Below are positions 20,358-33,528 of a stretch of DNA of 64,000 nt, piece after piece (the first letter of the stretch is position 1; every line of letters starts with the position of its first letter). The notes beneath the pieces were generated by a model. That model was not told the DNA's origin. It was given only the letters and a program-made list of their open reading frames with translations, and made no database searches. A program made the translations under genes and the position numbers. Origin of the DNA: Gammaproteobacteria bacterium (GTDB lineage Bacteria; Pseudomonadota; Gammaproteobacteria; UBA4575); the NCBI GenBank assembly GCA_965203725.1, contig CBDBDH010000002.1, forward strand, positions 10,386-74,385, read 5' to 3'.

Positions 20358-20909
20358 ATGGCAACCGTACTGATACCCCTTGCAGAAGGGTTCGAAGAAC
20401 TGGAAGCGGTGACCATCATTGATTTGCTGCGCCGTGCAGATATCGAAGTGATCACGGCCAGCCTGGATGGGCAGACCGTCACCGCATCGCGTGGCACCCG
20501 GGTGGTCGCCGACACCTCGGTGGACGAGGTACTGGAACAGGACTTCGACATGGTGGTCTTGCCCGGCGGACTGCCGGGAGCCGACCATCTGGATGCCGAC
20601 GATCGCATTCACGGGATCTTGCAGCGCGCTGCCGAGAACGACCGCCCCATTGGCGCGATCTGCGCCGCCCCCAAGGTGCTGGCCAGCGGCGGCCTGCTGG
20701 ACCACAAAAAGGTTACCGCCTATCCCGGGGTGCTGGACCCGCAATCCCTGGGCAGCACCCAGATTACGGATGCGGCCGTTCAGCAGGACGGCAACATCCT
20801 GACCTCTCGCGGTCCGGGGACTGCGATGGACTTTGCGCTGGAAATCATCGCCTGCCTGGCCGGCGCCGACAAGCGCAATGAGGTGGAAGCCGCCTTGCTT
20901 CGCAGCTGA
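20358..20909 (+). CDS. yajL: DJ-1/ThiJ family glyoxalase (YajL-like)
   Basis: GFEELEAV, VLPGGLPGA, GAICAAP, TSRGPGTA. Confidence 0.88.
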   Translation: MATVLIPLAEGFEELEAVTIIDLLRRADIEVITASLDGQTVTASRGTRVVADTSVDEVLEQDFDMVVLPGGLPGADHLDADDRIHGILQRAAENDRPIGAICAAPKVLASGGLLDHKKVTAYPGVLDPQSLGSTQITDAAVQQDGNILTSRGPGTAMDFALEIIACLAGADKRNEVEAALLRS

Positions 20910-20919
20910 CAAAACCCGG

Positions 20920-21429
20920 CTACGCCGGGGGCTTTTGAAACAGGGTCTGCAACAGGACCAGTACAACTCCCAGGAAAATTGCCGAGTCGGCAAGGTTGAA
21001 TGTCGGCCAATGACAGGTCGCCTCGTTCAGGCGATAGAAGAGTGGCAGGCAGGAATCACCGGAGGGGTAGTACCAGTCGATAAAGTCCGTGACTTTCCCG
21101 AGTACGATGCGGTCGATCACGTTGCCGATCGCACCTCCCAGTACCAGTGCGAGGCCGCAGGCCAGGAGTTTCTCCCCGGCATCCAGGGTTTTGAGCCAGA
21201 CCAGGATGAAAACACTGATCGCGATGGCGAGCGCCGACAGGAACCAACGCTGCCACCCCCCGGCCTGGCTGAGAAAACTGAATGCGGCCCCCTCGTTGAA
21301 GGTGAGTGAAAGATTGAAATAGGGCAACAGGGCCACGGGCTCGTACTGAACCAGGGACTGCAAGGCGGCCTGCTTGCCGAGCTGATCGGCAAGGATCACC
21401 AGCAGGCTCAGCCAGAGCCACTTAAGCAT
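20920..21429 (-). CDS. lspA: Lipoprotein signal peptidase II
   Basis: [36 protein letters not shown]; overlaps the ileS stop. Confidence 0.95.
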   Translation of the reverse strand: MLKWLWLSLLVILADQLGKQAALQSLVQYEPVALLPYFNLSLTFNEGAAFSFLSQAGGWQRWFLSALAIAISVFILVWLKTLDAGEKLLACGLALVLGGAIGNVIDRIVLGKVTDFIDWYYPSGDSCLPLFYRLNEATCHWPTFNLADSAIFLGVVLVLLQTLFQKPPA

Positions 21430-24256
21430 AGAAACGTAACTCGCCCGAACCGCCGGGCAGATTGCTCACGCAACGCATACAGATTTCCGGATGTTGCGCA
21501 TCCTTTCCCACGTCCTCACGGTAATGCCAGCAGCGAATGCATTTCGGGTGAGGCGACTTTCGTAACCGGATGAAGTACTCGTTGCCCTGGGTATCCAGTA
21601 CCCGGGTGGCCGTCTTCGGTGCCTCTTCATTGCAAACGAGGCGCGCAGCGGACGTGATGAAGACGAAGCGAAGTTCATCGTTTTCGATCTTGGAAAGGCA
21701 GTCGGGAGCACCCCAGATATCCACCTCTGCATCCAGCGACGAGCCGATGACTTTTTCGTTGCGCAGGGTCTCGAGCTGTTTGCCGATGTGCTTTCGGACC
21801 TCAAGTATGGTCTTCCAGTCCGCGTCGGTCACCTTGCCCGGGGTGGCGAAATCATCCAGGTCGTACCAGGTCTGTACGAACACCGGGTCCTCGCGGGGGC
21901 CGGGCAGGTGCTGCCAGGCTTCCTCCGCCGTGAAGCTCAGAATCGGCGCAACCCAGCGGACCAGCGCCTCGGCAATGTGAAACATGGCGGTCTGTGCCGA
22001 CCTGCGCGCCCGGCTGTCCGTCTGCATCGTATATTGCCGGTCCTTGACGATATCAAGATAGTCGCTGCCGAGTTCCAGCACGCAAAAGTTGTGAACCAGG
22101 GTATAGATCCGGTGAAACTGGTAGCGTTCGTAGTAATCGATGATCTGGTGCTGGAGCTGCCGGGTCTTGTACACGATCCAGTGGTCCAGGGCCACCATGT
22201 CCCGGGCCGGTACACGGTCGCGCGCCGGGTCGAAGCCACTCAGGTTCGATAACAGGTAACGGGTCGTATTGCGGATACGCCGGTAGGCATCCGAGGTACG
22301 GCTCAGAATTTCGTCGGAGACGTTGAGTTCTGCGCCGTAGTCGGTGGCGGCCACCCAAAGACGCAGCACATCGGCACCCAGCGCGTTGCATATCTTCTGC
22401 GGGGTAACCACGTTGCCGAGGGACTTCGACATTTTCTTGCCATCGGCATCCACGGTAAAGCCGTGGGTGAGCACCTGTTCGTAGGGTGCGATTCCGTGCA
22501 TGGCCACCGAGGTCTTCAGGGAAGACTGGAACCAGCCGCGGTGCTGGTCGGACCCCTCGAGGTACAGGCTGGCGCGTTTGCCGTTTTCCAGGTCAACCCC
22601 GAGTCGTTTCCGGGCCACGGCATAGTGGGTGACTCCTGAGTCAAACCAGACATCCAGGGTGTCGGTGACCTTCCTGTAGGATTCGCTGTCCTCCCCCAGC
22701 AGCTCTTTCGCATCCAGTCCATACCAGGCGTCCATGCCCTGCTGCTCAATTTTCTGCGCCACCTTTTCGACGAGTTGTACCGTGTCAGGATGGGGTTCTT
22801 CCGTGGTCTTGTGTATGAAAAAGGCAATCGGCACGCCCCAGGTGCGTTGCCTCGAGATGCACCAGTCCGGACTGCTGGCCAGCATGGCGGTGATGCGTGC
22901 CTTGCCCCATTCGGGGACCCAGCGCACCTGCTCGACTTGTTCACGGGCGGTTTTCAGCAAATCCCTGGCATGCATGCTGATGAACCATTGTGGCGTTGCG
23001 CGGTAGATCAGCGGCACTTTCGTGCGCCAGCAATGCGGCAGGCTGTGGTGCAGCTCGGTGTGGTGCAGCAGCTTTCCCCGGTCGGTCAGGGTGTCGATGA
23101 TTTTCGGGTCCACCTTGAAGACGTGGTCTCCTGCAAACAAACCGGTATGTTCCTTGAATATCCCGTGGTCATCCACCAGGTTCAGGGTCCCCAGGGCATA
23201 GGTCTTGCCGACTTCGAAATCGTCCACACCGTGATCAGGAGCGGTATGCACCGCGCCGGTTCCTGCCTCGACCGTGACATGGTCCCCCAGGATGACGGGC
23301 ACGGTCTTGTCATAGAACGGGTGGTGCAGCGGCAGGTGCTCGAGCTGCTGTCCCTTGATGCGACCGACCACGGCAGGGTTCTCGATACCGTAACGCTGCA
23401 TGCAGGTCTCGAGGAGCGCTTCGGCCAGCACTACGCGTTCCAGGCCGCAGTTGCCCTCGACCTGTGCGACGACGTAATCCAGTTCGGGATTGACGCACAC
23501 GGCCTGGTTGGCGGGCAGGGTCCACGGGGTCGTCGTCCAGATGGCAACGGACAGCGGTCCCCGGCCGGTGAGTGTGTTGAGCCTTTCCGCCAGCGCACTC
23601 TCGTTGGCGACGCTGAAACGCACATCGATGGCGGGCGAGGTTTTCTCGTGGTATTCCACCTCGGTTTCTGCCAGTGCCGAGGCATCCACCACGTTCCAGT
23701 AGACCGGCTTGAAGCCACGGACAATGTGGCCTTTCGCATACAGTTTGCCCAGTGAGCGCACGATGTCGGCCTCGACGCCGAAATCCATGGTGAGGTAGGG
23801 CTTGTCCCAGTCGCCAAAAATACCCAGCCGCTTGAAATCCTCGCGTTGCTTGGCAATCTGCTTGCCGGCAAATTCGCGGCAGGCCGTACGGAATTCGCCA
23901 TGGCTCTTGCGGGTTCCCGCCCTGCCGATTTTTTTCTGCACCTGGTGCTCGATGGGCAGGCCGTGACAGTCCCAGCCCGGTATGTACGGTGCATCGTACC
24001 CCGCCAGGGTCTTGCTTTTTACAATGATGTCTTTCAGGATCTTGTTGACCGCATGGCCGATGTGGATATCACCGTTCGCATAGGGCGGGCCGTCGTGCAG
24101 GACAAAAGTCTGTGCACCGTTTCGTGTCTTTCGGATTTGCCCGTACACGTCCCGGTCCTGCCACTCCCTCAGTATCCTGGGTTCCCGTTGTGCCAGGTTG
24201 CCCTTCATGGGAAAAGAGGTTTTGGGCAGGTTCAGGGTATCTTTGTAGTCGCTCAT
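21422..24256 (-). CDS. ileS: Isoleucine--tRNA ligase (type 1)
   Basis: [44 protein letters not shown]-terminal Zn finger CIRCW..CMRC. Confidence 0.99.
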   Translation of the reverse strand: MSDYKDTLNLPKTSFPMKGNLAQREPRILREWQDRDVYGQIRKTRNGAQTFVLHDGPPYANGDIHIGHAVNKILKDIIVKSKTLAGYDAPYIPGWDCHGLPIEHQVQKKIGRAGTRKSHGEFRTACREFAGKQIAKQREDFKRLGIFGDWDKPYLTMDFGVEADIVRSLGKLYAKGHIVRGFKPVYWNVVDASALAETEVEYHEKTSPAIDVRFSVANESALAERLNTLTGRGPLSVAIWTTTPWTLPANQAVCVNPELDYVVAQVEGNCGLERVVLAEALLETCMQRYGIENPAVVGRIKGQQLEHLPLHHPFYDKTVPVILGDHVTVEAGTGAVHTAPDHGVDDFEVGKTYALGTLNLVDDHGIFKEHTGLFAGDHVFKVDPKIIDTLTDRGKLLHHTELHHSLPHCWRTKVPLIYRATPQWFISMHARDLLKTAREQVEQVRWVPEWGKARITAMLASSPDWCISRQRTWGVPIAFFIHKTTEEPHPDTVQLVEKVAQKIEQQGMDAWYGLDAKELLGEDSESYRKVTDTLDVWFDSGVTHYAVARKRLGVDLENGKRASLYLEGSDQHRGWFQSSLKTSVAMHGIAPYEQVLTHGFTVDADGKKMSKSLGNVVTPQKICNALGADVLRLWVAATDYGAELNVSDEILSRTSDAYRRIRNTTRYLLSNLSGFDPARDRVPARDMVALDHWIVYKTRQLQHQIIDYYERYQFHRIYTLVHNFCVLELGSDYLDIVKDRQYTMQTDSRARRSAQTAMFHIAEALVRWVAPILSFTAEEAWQHLPGPREDPVFVQTWYDLDDFATPGKVTDADWKTILEVRKHIGKQLETLRNEKVIGSSLDAEVDIWGAPDCLSKIENDELRFVFITSAARLVCNEEAPKTATRVLDTQGNEYFIRLRKSPHPKCIRCWHYREDVGKDAQHPEICMRCVSNLPGGSGELRFYA

Positions 24257-24265
24257 AGCCAGGCT

Positions 24266-25198
24266 TCAGGCAGCGATCCTGAAATGCTCTTTTGCCATTC
24301 CGGCATCAACATGTATCTGGTTCTTCAACTCTTCAAGTGAATTGAATTTTTGCTCCTCGCGAATCTTTTTGCTGAAAAACACTGTGAGGTGTTTTCCGTA
24401 GAGCATTCGCGAGACGTTGAACAGGTGGACTTCGATCTGGGTGCGCGTACCGGAGACCGTGGGCCGGTACCCGACGTTGGTCACCCCCAGGGCCTCGGTG
24501 TCATTCTCGATCTTCACCTTGGTTGCGAATACACCACTGATCGGGGAAAACCTGCGCTTGATCGGGATATTCGCGGTCGGGAAACCGAGCTCTTGTCCCC
24601 GGTGGTCGCCGTGTACCACGCGCCCGGACATGCTGTACATGCGTCCAAGCAACTGTTGTGCAAGATCCAGTCTGCCGTTGGCAAGGTGGTCCCGGATCAA
24701 AGAGCTGCTGACACGTTCTTCATTGACCACGAAGCCTTCGGTGTTCTCGACGCTGAAGCCCAGTTCGTTCCCCATGCGCACCAGCAAGGGATAATCCCCC
24801 TTGCGGTCTTTGCCGAAACGGAAGTCATCACCGACCGTCAGGTGCTTGATGTTCAGGCCGGAGATCAGGATATCCCTGACAAAGGTTTCGGGAAGCATGT
24901 CGGCCAGCGTCCGGTTAAATGAAAGACATACGAAACGGTCGATCCCGAGATCCCGGAGCAGGCCGAATTTTTCCCTGAAGTTGGTCAGTCTCGCCGGCGC
25001 CTGGCTGCCCCGGAAAAACTCCTTGGCCGACGGTTCAAAGGCGATCACCATGGAAGGCAACCCCAGCGACTGGCTTCTCGAGCGCAATTTTTTCAAAACG
25101 GTCTGGTGGCCCAGGTGCACACCGTCAAAGTTGCCGATGGTGGCCACGGATGCCACGGAAAGCCCTGTTCCGGTACCGAGGTATCTCGTTAGCTGCAT
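24266..25198 (-). CDS. ribF: Bifunctional riboflavin kinase/FAD synthetase
   Basis: TIGNFDGVHLGHQ, VGDDFRFG, LGFPTANI, NVGYRPT, IEVHL. Confidence 0.97.
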   Translation of the reverse strand: MQLTRYLGTGTGLSVASVATIGNFDGVHLGHQTVLKKLRSRSQSLGLPSMVIAFEPSAKEFFRGSQAPARLTNFREKFGLLRDLGIDRFVCLSFNRTLADMLPETFVRDILISGLNIKHLTVGDDFRFGKDRKGDYPLLVRMGNELGFSVENTEGFVVNEERVSSSLIRDHLANGRLDLAQQLLGRMYSMSGRVVHGDHRGQELGFPTANIPIKRRFSPISGVFATKVKIENDTEALGVTNVGYRPTVSGTRTQIEVHLFNVSRMLYGKHLTVFFSKKIREEQKFNSLEELKNQIHVDAGMAKEHFRIAA

Positions 25199-25234
25199 AA
25201 CATCAAAGACTCGTTCATGAAACCGTGTCGGCGC

Positions 25235-26800
25235 TTACGGTTGCAGCACGAACGAATTCCTGCGCACCCCCAGCAAGGCCAACGCGCCAATATACAGCAC
25301 AAGCCCTGACAGCATAAAGCCCAACAAGGCCATGATACGTTCGGCCACATCCCAGTTCAGCCACTGGTGTGCCTCGGGCAAGATCCACAGCAGCGCGATT
25401 CCCATCACCACGGTGGCCGTCAGGACCTGGGTCAGGTACCTCATCCAGCCTGCCGGCAAAACCAGGGCTGCCGAGCCTTTCAGCCTGTGGAACAGCAGCG
25501 CGGCATTCAGGTAGGCGGCCAGCGAGGTGGCCAGGGCCAGGGCGGCATGCGGAGCGGCAAGATCCCACTGCAGCCAGATCCAGACGAAGGCGAGGTTCAG
25601 GACGATATTGCAGGCCATGGCAATCACCCCGATTTTTACAGGGGTCTTGGTATCCTGGCGTGAATAGAACCCCGGTGCCAGCACCTTGATCAGGATGAAC
25701 GCCGGCAGTCCCAGCGCATAGGCCTTCAGGCTGGCGGATGCCATCAGCGTGTCCGTGGCGGTAAATTCCCGGTACTGGATCAGCGAAGTCAGAATCGGGC
25801 TGGCCAGCAGGATCAGGCCGACGGTCGCGGGAATCGAGATGAATATGGAAAGCCGCAGCGCCCAGTCGAGCGTCCTGTTGAACTCATGGGTGGATTGGTT
25901 GACGTACTGCCGGGACAGCCGGGGCAGGATGATGGTCGCCATGGCCACGCCGAAAATGGCCAGCGGGAGTTCCACGAAGCGGTCCGAGATATACAGCCAG
26001 CTGATGCTGCCAACGGCCAGGAATGAAGCGATCAGCGTGTTGATCAGCAGGTTGATCTGCACGACGGACGAGCCGAAAATGGCGGGCAGCATCAGCCGCA
26101 TGATTTTGTGCACACCTTCCCTGGCGCCATGCAGTGAGACCTTCGGCAGCACACCCAGTGCCGACAGGAAGGGAAGCTGGAAGGCCAGCTGGACAATGCC
26201 GGCAACAAACACACCCCATGCCAGTGCGACCACGGGTTGTTCCATTTGCGGGGCCAGCCACAGGGTCGCGCCGATCAACGACAGGTTCAGGAACACCGGT
26301 GTGAAGGCCGGTACTGCAAAGCGGTTGAAGGTATTCAGGATACTCGCCGACAAGGCGGTCAGCGAGATGAACAGTATGTACGGGAAGGTAATGCGCAGCA
26401 TCTGTGCGGCAAGATCAAATCGTGTGCTGTCGCTGACAAAGCCCGGGGCGAAGATGTATATCAGGGCAGGTGCGAGTAAAACCCCCAGGACGCTGACCAG
26501 GAAAAGAATGACACTGAGGGTGCCGGCCACATGATTGATGAGTGCCTGCAGTTCCGCTTGCGAGCGCTGTTCCTTGTATTCGGACAGGACCGGCACGAAC
26601 GCCTGTGAAAAAGCACCTTCCGCAAAAAGGCGTCGCAGGAAATTCGGGATGCGAAAGGCCACGAAAAAAGCATCGGTTCCGCCGGTTGCGCCCAGGAAGA
26701 TAAAGATCACGGCATCCCTGAGATATCCGAATACTCTCGAGACGGCCGTGATTCCGCCTGTGACGGCGGTGGATTTGAACAGGGCTCGATGTTCAGCCAT
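25235..26800 (-). CDS. murJ: Lipid II flippase MurJ (MviN)
   Basis: SRVFGYLRD, DAFFVAFRIPNFLRRLFAEGAFSQAFVP, DTKTPVK. Confidence 0.97.
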   Translation of the reverse strand: MAEHRALFKSTAVTGGITAVSRVFGYLRDAVIFIFLGATGGTDAFFVAFRIPNFLRRLFAEGAFSQAFVPVLSEYKEQRSQAELQALINHVAGTLSVILFLVSVLGVLLAPALIYIFAPGFVSDSTRFDLAAQMLRITFPYILFISLTALSASILNTFNRFAVPAFTPVFLNLSLIGATLWLAPQMEQPVVALAWGVFVAGIVQLAFQLPFLSALGVLPKVSLHGAREGVHKIMRLMLPAIFGSSVVQINLLINTLIASFLAVGSISWLYISDRFVELPLAIFGVAMATIILPRLSRQYVNQSTHEFNRTLDWALRLSIFISIPATVGLILLASPILTSLIQYREFTATDTLMASASLKAYALGLPAFILIKVLAPGFYSRQDTKTPVKIGVIAMACNIVLNLAFVWIWLQWDLAAPHAALALATSLAAYLNAALLFHRLKGSAALVLPAGWMRYLTQVLTATVVMGIALLWILPEAHQWLNWDVAERIMALLGFMLSGLVLYIGALALLGVRRNSFVLQP

Positions 26801-26834
26801 TCTGTACCTGGAGTGCGGGCCTAGGGAGGAGGGG

Positions 26835-26863
26835 TTGACATTTATTTATCTTACTACCATAGT
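26835..26863 (+). promoter_or_regulatory. sigma70 promoter of rpsT
   Basis: TTGACA, 17-nt spacer, CATAGT. Confidence 0.55.
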
Positions 26864-26906
26864 TCGCAGCCCGGACGCAGAATCCGAGCAGAAAAGCGAT
26901 TAGACA

Positions 26907-27167
26907 TTGGCCAATTCCCCCTCAGCAAGAAAGCGTGCACGTCAGGCGGTCAGGCACCGCCAGCACAACGTAAGTCAACGCACGAAATTGCGTACGCGAA
27001 TCAAGGCGGTGGTCAAGTCGATTCATTCGGGAGACAAGGAAGCCGCAGCAGATGCATTCAAGCTGGCCCAGCCCAGCATCGATTCGGCCGTCGGCAAAAA
27101 ACTGATCCATGCCAACAAGGCCGCCCGCCACAAGAGCCGTCTGAACGCACGCATCAAGGCCATGTAG
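26907..27167 (+). CDS. rpsT: 30S ribosomal protein S20
   Basis: [26 protein letters not shown]; TTG start as in enteric rpsT; divergent from murJ. Confidence 0.97.
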   Translation: MANSPSARKRARQAVRHRQHNVSQRTKLRTRIKAVVKSIHSGDKEAAADAFKLAQPSIDSAVGKKLIHANKAARHKSRLNARIKAM

Positions 27168-27201
27168 CCTGGCGGCGCTGGGCGCTGCATCATCCGATCC
27201 A

Positions 27202-29347
<2,146 letters not shown>

Positions 29348-29349
29348 TC

Positions 29350-29375
29350 AAAAAAGCCCCGTCATGCGGGGCTTC
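29350..29375 (-). terminator. Rho-independent terminator between rpmA and obgE
   Basis: Minus strand reads GAAGCCCCG-CATGA-CGGGGC-TTTTTT. Confidence 0.8.
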
Positions 29376-29400
29376 ACGTCAAATCGGCTGGCGGGACGGG

Positions 29401-29661
29401 TCAGTGTACGGCTTCGATACGCACGAACTTCTTGTTTCTTGGCCCTTTGGTTTCAAATACCACTTGTCCATTCTGTTTTGCAAACAGGGTGTCATCCTTT
29501 CCCCGGCCGACGTTTTCACCGGCGTGAAAGCGGGTGCCCCGCTGCCGCACGATGATGCTCCCTGCATTGACCTGCTGTCCCCCGAAACATTTCACACCGA
29601 GACGCTTCGACTTCGAGTCACGTCCGTTGCGGGTGCTGCCCCCAGCTTTCTTATGTGCCAT
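29401..29661 (-). CDS. rpmA: 50S ribosomal protein L27
   Basis: [30 protein letters not shown]. Confidence 0.99.
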   Translation of the reverse strand: MAHKKAGGSTRNGRDSKSKRLGVKCFGGQQVNAGSIIVRQRGTRFHAGENVGRGKDDTLFAKQNGQVVFETKGPRNKKFVRIEAVH

Positions 29662-29670
29662 AACCGACCT

Positions 29671-29982
29671 CTACTTTGAAATGTCTGTGATCTTGACCTG
29701 CGTGTAGTGCTGCCTGTGGCCCATTCGCCTCATGTGGTGCTTTCTGCGTTTGAACTTGATGATGTCAATCTTCTTGGCCCTGGCATTATGCTGAACCTCG
29801 GCAGTAACTTTACCACCTTCGATATACGGTGTGCCAATGGAGACGTCGTCGCCATCGGCCAGCAACAGCACCTGGTCAAACTCGACTTTCTTGCCCGGGT
29901 CCAGATCCAGCGTTTCGATCCTGATCTGGTCTCCTTTATGGACAAGGTACTGTTTGCCACCTGTGGCAATCACGGCATACAC
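29671..29982 (-). CDS. rplU: 50S ribosomal protein L21
   Basis: MYAVIATGGKQY..GHRQHYT; GTG start. Confidence 0.98.
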   Translation of the reverse strand: MYAVIATGGKQYLVHKGDQIRIETLDLDPGKKVEFDQVLLLADGDDVSIGTPYIEGGKVTAEVQHNARAKKIDIIKFKRRKHHMRRMGHRQHYTQVKITDISK

Positions 29983-30018
29983 CTGGAGCGCTCCGGGAAT
30001 GGGTTGAAAAGAGGCGCA

Positions 30019-30047
30019 ATTCTAGCGGGAGGTCTGGCAAGGGTCAA
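30019..30047 (-). promoter_or_regulatory. sigma70 promoter of rplU-rpmA
   Basis: Minus strand TTGACC-17 nt-TAGAAT followed by a GC-rich discriminator TGCGCC. Confidence 0.7.
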
Positions 30048-30121
30048 ACAAAACTGTTTTGTAGCCGGGCTCACCGCAAAATCCGCACCGGGTGCACGAG
30101 ATCAGGGTAAAATGCCCGGCC

Positions 30122-31090
30122 ATGGACTTCAAGCAGGTACAGGCCCTGATGGCCGACGACATGGAAGGCGTGAATGACGTGATTCGTCGACACCTGCATT
30201 CCGATATCACCCTGATTTGCCAGATCATCAACTACATCCTGGACAGCGGCGGCAAGCGGATTCGCCCGCTGCTCGCCCTGTTGAGCGCCAGGGCCTGCAG
30301 CTACACGGGTGAAAAGCATCTGCAGGTGGCCGCCATCATTGAATTCATACATACCGCAACCCTGCTGCACGATGATGTCGTGGACAGCTCAAGCATGAGA
30401 CGCGGCCACGAGACCGCCAACCTGATCTGGGGCAATGAAGCCAGCATACTGGCGGGGGATTTCCTGTTTTCGCGTTCCTTTGAAATGATGGTGGAGGTGG
30501 GCGAGATGCGCGTCATGGAAATTCTTGCGCGGGCCTCCAACACCATTGCGGAAGGTGAAGTCATGCAGCTTCTGAACTCCAATGACCCGGACTCATCGGA
30601 AGAACACTACATGGTTGTGATACAGTCCAAAACGGCAAAACTGTTTGAGGCTGCCTGCCAGCTCGGGGCCGTATTGGCGGGACAACCGCAGGAGGTTGAA
30701 GCGGCCTGTGCGAATTACGGGGTACATCTCGGCACCGCCTTCCAGCTCAAGGACGATGTCCTCGATTACCAGTCTTCGCCGGAGGAAATGGGAAAGAATC
30801 TGGGCGATGACCTGACCGAGGGCAAGCCCACGCTGCCCCTGATCCATGCACTCAAAAACAGTGACAGGGACACCGCCGAACTGATCCGTGAAGCCATCAT
30901 TGAGGGCGGCAGGAAACACCTGCAGGAAGTCATGACCGCAATCGAGGAGACCGGTGCAATTGAGCACACCTTGAAAGCAGCCCGGCAACAGGCCCTGCTT
31001 GCCCAGCAGCATATTGAAAAGCTGCCGGACAACGAGTACAGGACGGCACTGACGGACTTAACCCGGTTTGCGATTTCGCGGACATCCTAG
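30122..31090 (+). CDS. ispB: Octaprenyl/polyprenyl diphosphate synthase
   Basis: GGKRIRP, FARM LLHDDVVD, SARM FQLKDDVLDY, GKNLGDDLTEGKPTLP; divergent from rplU. Confidence 0.95.
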   Translation: MDFKQVQALMADDMEGVNDVIRRHLHSDITLICQIINYILDSGGKRIRPLLALLSARACSYTGEKHLQVAAIIEFIHTATLLHDDVVDSSSMRRGHETANLIWGNEASILAGDFLFSRSFEMMVEVGEMRVMEILARASNTIAEGEVMQLLNSNDPDSSEEHYMVVIQSKTAKLFEAACQLGAVLAGQPQEVEAACANYGVHLGTAFQLKDDVLDYQSSPEEMGKNLGDDLTEGKPTLPLIHALKNSDRDTAELIREAIIEGGRKHLQEVMTAIEETGAIEHTLKAARQQALLAQQHIEKLPDNEYRTALTDLTRFAISRTS

Positions 31091-31199
31091 GAAAGGTCAA
31101 CCCACGACCATGTTTCTGCAAGGGGTCGGAAATCTTGCTGGCACACGGCATGTGAAACCTGCTATTTTTCGAGGCTGGACGCTGTGTGCAAAACGATAA

Positions 31200-31276
31200 C
31201 GGAGTGTAGCTCAGCTTGGTAGAGCACTGTCTTCGGGAGGCAGGGGCCGGAGGTTCAAATCCTCTCACTCCGACCA
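31200..31276 (+). tRNA. tRNA-Pro (CGG)
   Basis: 77-nt cloverleaf CGGAGTG..CACTCCG-ACCA; anticodon arm CTGTC-TTCGGGA-GGCAG; T-loop GGTTCAAATCC. Confidence 0.97.
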
Positions 31277-31577
31277 ATCCATTCAATTTGTGAGCAGGTA
31301 ACCAGGGCTCGCAATCCCGCCTGGCACCGGGAGGTTTTCCGGTTTCAACCTGGCTTTGACCCCTGAACAATGATCCCCGCCGGGGACCATTTACATGAAT
31401 GAACCCGTTACCATCCCTGCAACTGACCGGCGGGTCGTGCAGGTCAGGTTGGCATTCAACGGCGTCAGGATTAATCATGGGGTATCATATAGGGAGAAGG
31501 CCCGGAGATGCCTGAGGTGTACTTGTTGCCCGGCATGCAGTTCAGTAACCGGTATTCAGCGGAGAAATGGAGCGAGC

Positions 31578-32129
31578 ATGAATCACAAAAAATTCATATC
31601 TTGCATTACAGGCATCCTGCTATGGACGTTGCTGTCCGCCGTACATGCAGAAACTCCTCGTGACCCGTACCAGTACTTTTTCAGCCAGTCTTTTGGTGAT
31701 TACTCGGAAGAGTTGGAAAATGCCCGGGAACAGGGAAAGAAAGGAATCATGATCTTTTTTGAAATGGACGAGTGTCCGTTTTGCATCCGGATGAAAGACA
31801 CGATCATGAATCAGCCCGAGATTCAGGAATACTATCGTGAAAGATTCATCCTGCTTACTCACGATATCGAGGGCGATATCGAGATCGTCGATTTTGAGGG
31901 CAACGATACTACGCAAAAGGAATACGCGATTAAGGTACATCGCGTTCGAGCCACTCCCGTGATTGCCTTTTTTGATCTGAGTGGAAATCAGATAGCGCGT
32001 TATACCGGTGCAACGAAAAGCGCGACCGAGTTCAAGTGGCTGGCCGACTATGTTGCGGATGGCCACTATAAAAATACCAGCTTCACCCGGTATAAACGGG
32101 AGAGGAAAGAGGAGCTGCAAAAAAGCTGA
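31578..32129 (+). CDS. Periplasmic thioredoxin-fold protein, SoxW-like
   Basis: 183 aa from ATG 31578; signal peptide ending VHA; CPFC dithiol (FFEMDECPFCIRMK); cis-Pro motif RVRATP. Confidence 0.8.
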   Translation: MNHKKFISCITGILLWTLLSAVHAETPRDPYQYFFSQSFGDYSEELENAREQGKKGIMIFFEMDECPFCIRMKDTIMNQPEIQEYYRERFILLTHDIEGDIEIVDFEGNDTTQKEYAIKVHRVRATPVIAFFDLSGNQIARYTGATKSATEFKWLADYVADGHYKNTSFTRYKRERKEELQKS

Positions 32130-32173
32130 CAGACTCTCACCGGCCCTGGTACGCATTCACTGGAGGATGGTGC

Positions 32174-33496
32174 ATGTATCTATGCAGAAGCTGTGTATGG
32201 TCTATGCTGCTGATCTCTGCAGTGCTGGCTGCCGGTCCCCTGCATGCTGCGGACCTGCAGCCCCTTCCGGATCCCCTGACCCTGCAACAGGCCATAGCGT
32301 TTATCGATGAACAGCATCCTGTGCTCTTGCAGGACAAGCTATTGATGGAGCGGGCAAAAAACACCGCAGATGAAGCCCGGGCACACAACAGCCTGAACGT
32401 CGACCTGGTCGGCAGGCTGCGCTGGTATGAGGCGGGAAGCTCCAGGCTCGATACCGGCGACCATGACGATCACGGCCTGCGACTGGTTTTGAGCAAGCCA
32501 CTCTATGATGGCGGCTATAGCAGTTCACTGGCCGAGTCGGCCGAGCAGGATCGAAAGGCAGCCAGGCTGAGGATAGCTGACAACCGCAGCCTGTTCGCCA
32601 TCACAGTGATGCAGAAGTTTTTTGACATCATACTTGCCGACCTGAAAGCCTCCCGCGACAATGAAAACATGGCGGTCAGGTTTGTCAGGTTTGACGAGGG
32701 GCAGGACAGACACGAGCTTGGCAAGCTGTCCGACGTGGATTTGCGGGAACTGGAGAACGCCTACCAGGAAGCTCGTCTTTCGGCGGCTGAAAGCAAGGGA
32801 CAGGCGAGCCGCACACGCCAGGCGCTGGCCCTGGCGCTGAACCGGCCCGGACAGCAACCCTCTGTGCTGTCCCTGCCTGAACTTGATGTGGATAACCGCA
32901 CGTTGCTGGGCTTCGACACATTGATGGAAAAAGCCCTGAAAAATAATCGTCTGCTGGCTGCGCTTGACTCGGAGTTGCTGTCTGCAAGAGCAGAAGTGGA
33001 AGCTGCGCACGCCCCCTATCGCCCGGACGTTTCTGCCGTGATTGAGCGCAGTGAATACTCGAGGGAACTGGGCAGCCATGACAAATGGCGGGCCGGACTG
33101 CAGATGACCTGGCCGCTTTTCAGTGGCGGCCAGGGTGATGCCGCCATCAGAAAGGCCCAGCTTAAGGTGAACCAGATCCTTTACCAGCGCCGGCAGCTTG
33201 AACTGGAGATACGCCAGAGAATCTGGGGCATGACGGAAGAGTTTGCCGTGCTGGAAGCCCGGCGCCAGGCCAGCGACGTGTTTTCCGACTATCGCGAACT
33301 GTACATGGATCGTTCCAGGGCACTGTACGAACTGGAAGTGAAGACGGACCTTGGAGATGCACAGATCCAGATATCCGAGTCCCAGTTGCGCGATGCCAGA
33401 CAAACCTTTCAGATGGCTTTATTATTGGCGCAGTTAAGCCACCTGGTGGGTGAAGAAGATTCCATGAACTGGGCTGCGGTCACTGAAAAGATATAG
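32174..33496 (+). CDS. TolC family outer membrane efflux protein
   Basis: Signal peptide, LTLQQAI, two OEP repeats (LSKPLYDGG; MTWPLFSGG), helical coiled-coil composition. Confidence 0.85.
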   Translation: MYLCRSCVWSMLLISAVLAAGPLHAADLQPLPDPLTLQQAIAFIDEQHPVLLQDKLLMERAKNTADEARAHNSLNVDLVGRLRWYEAGSSRLDTGDHDDHGLRLVLSKPLYDGGYSSSLAESAEQDRKAARLRIADNRSLFAITVMQKFFDIILADLKASRDNENMAVRFVRFDEGQDRHELGKLSDVDLRELENAYQEARLSAAESKGQASRTRQALALALNRPGQQPSVLSLPELDVDNRTLLGFDTLMEKALKNNRLLAALDSELLSARAEVEAAHAPYRPDVSAVIERSEYSRELGSHDKWRAGLQMTWPLFSGGQGDAAIRKAQLKVNQILYQRRQLELEIRQRIWGMTEEFAVLEARRQASDVFSDYRELYMDRSRALYELEVKTDLGDAQIQISESQLRDARQTFQMALLLAQLSHLVGEEDSMNWAAVTEKI

Positions 33497-33528
33497 GCCA
33501 CCCCAGACGGGCCGATAAATGAGAAAAC

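Noticed and set aside
31449-31465. TTGGCA-containing sigma54-like site upstream of the thioredoxin gene
   Set aside because: The GG to GC spacing is 9 nt, not the required 10.
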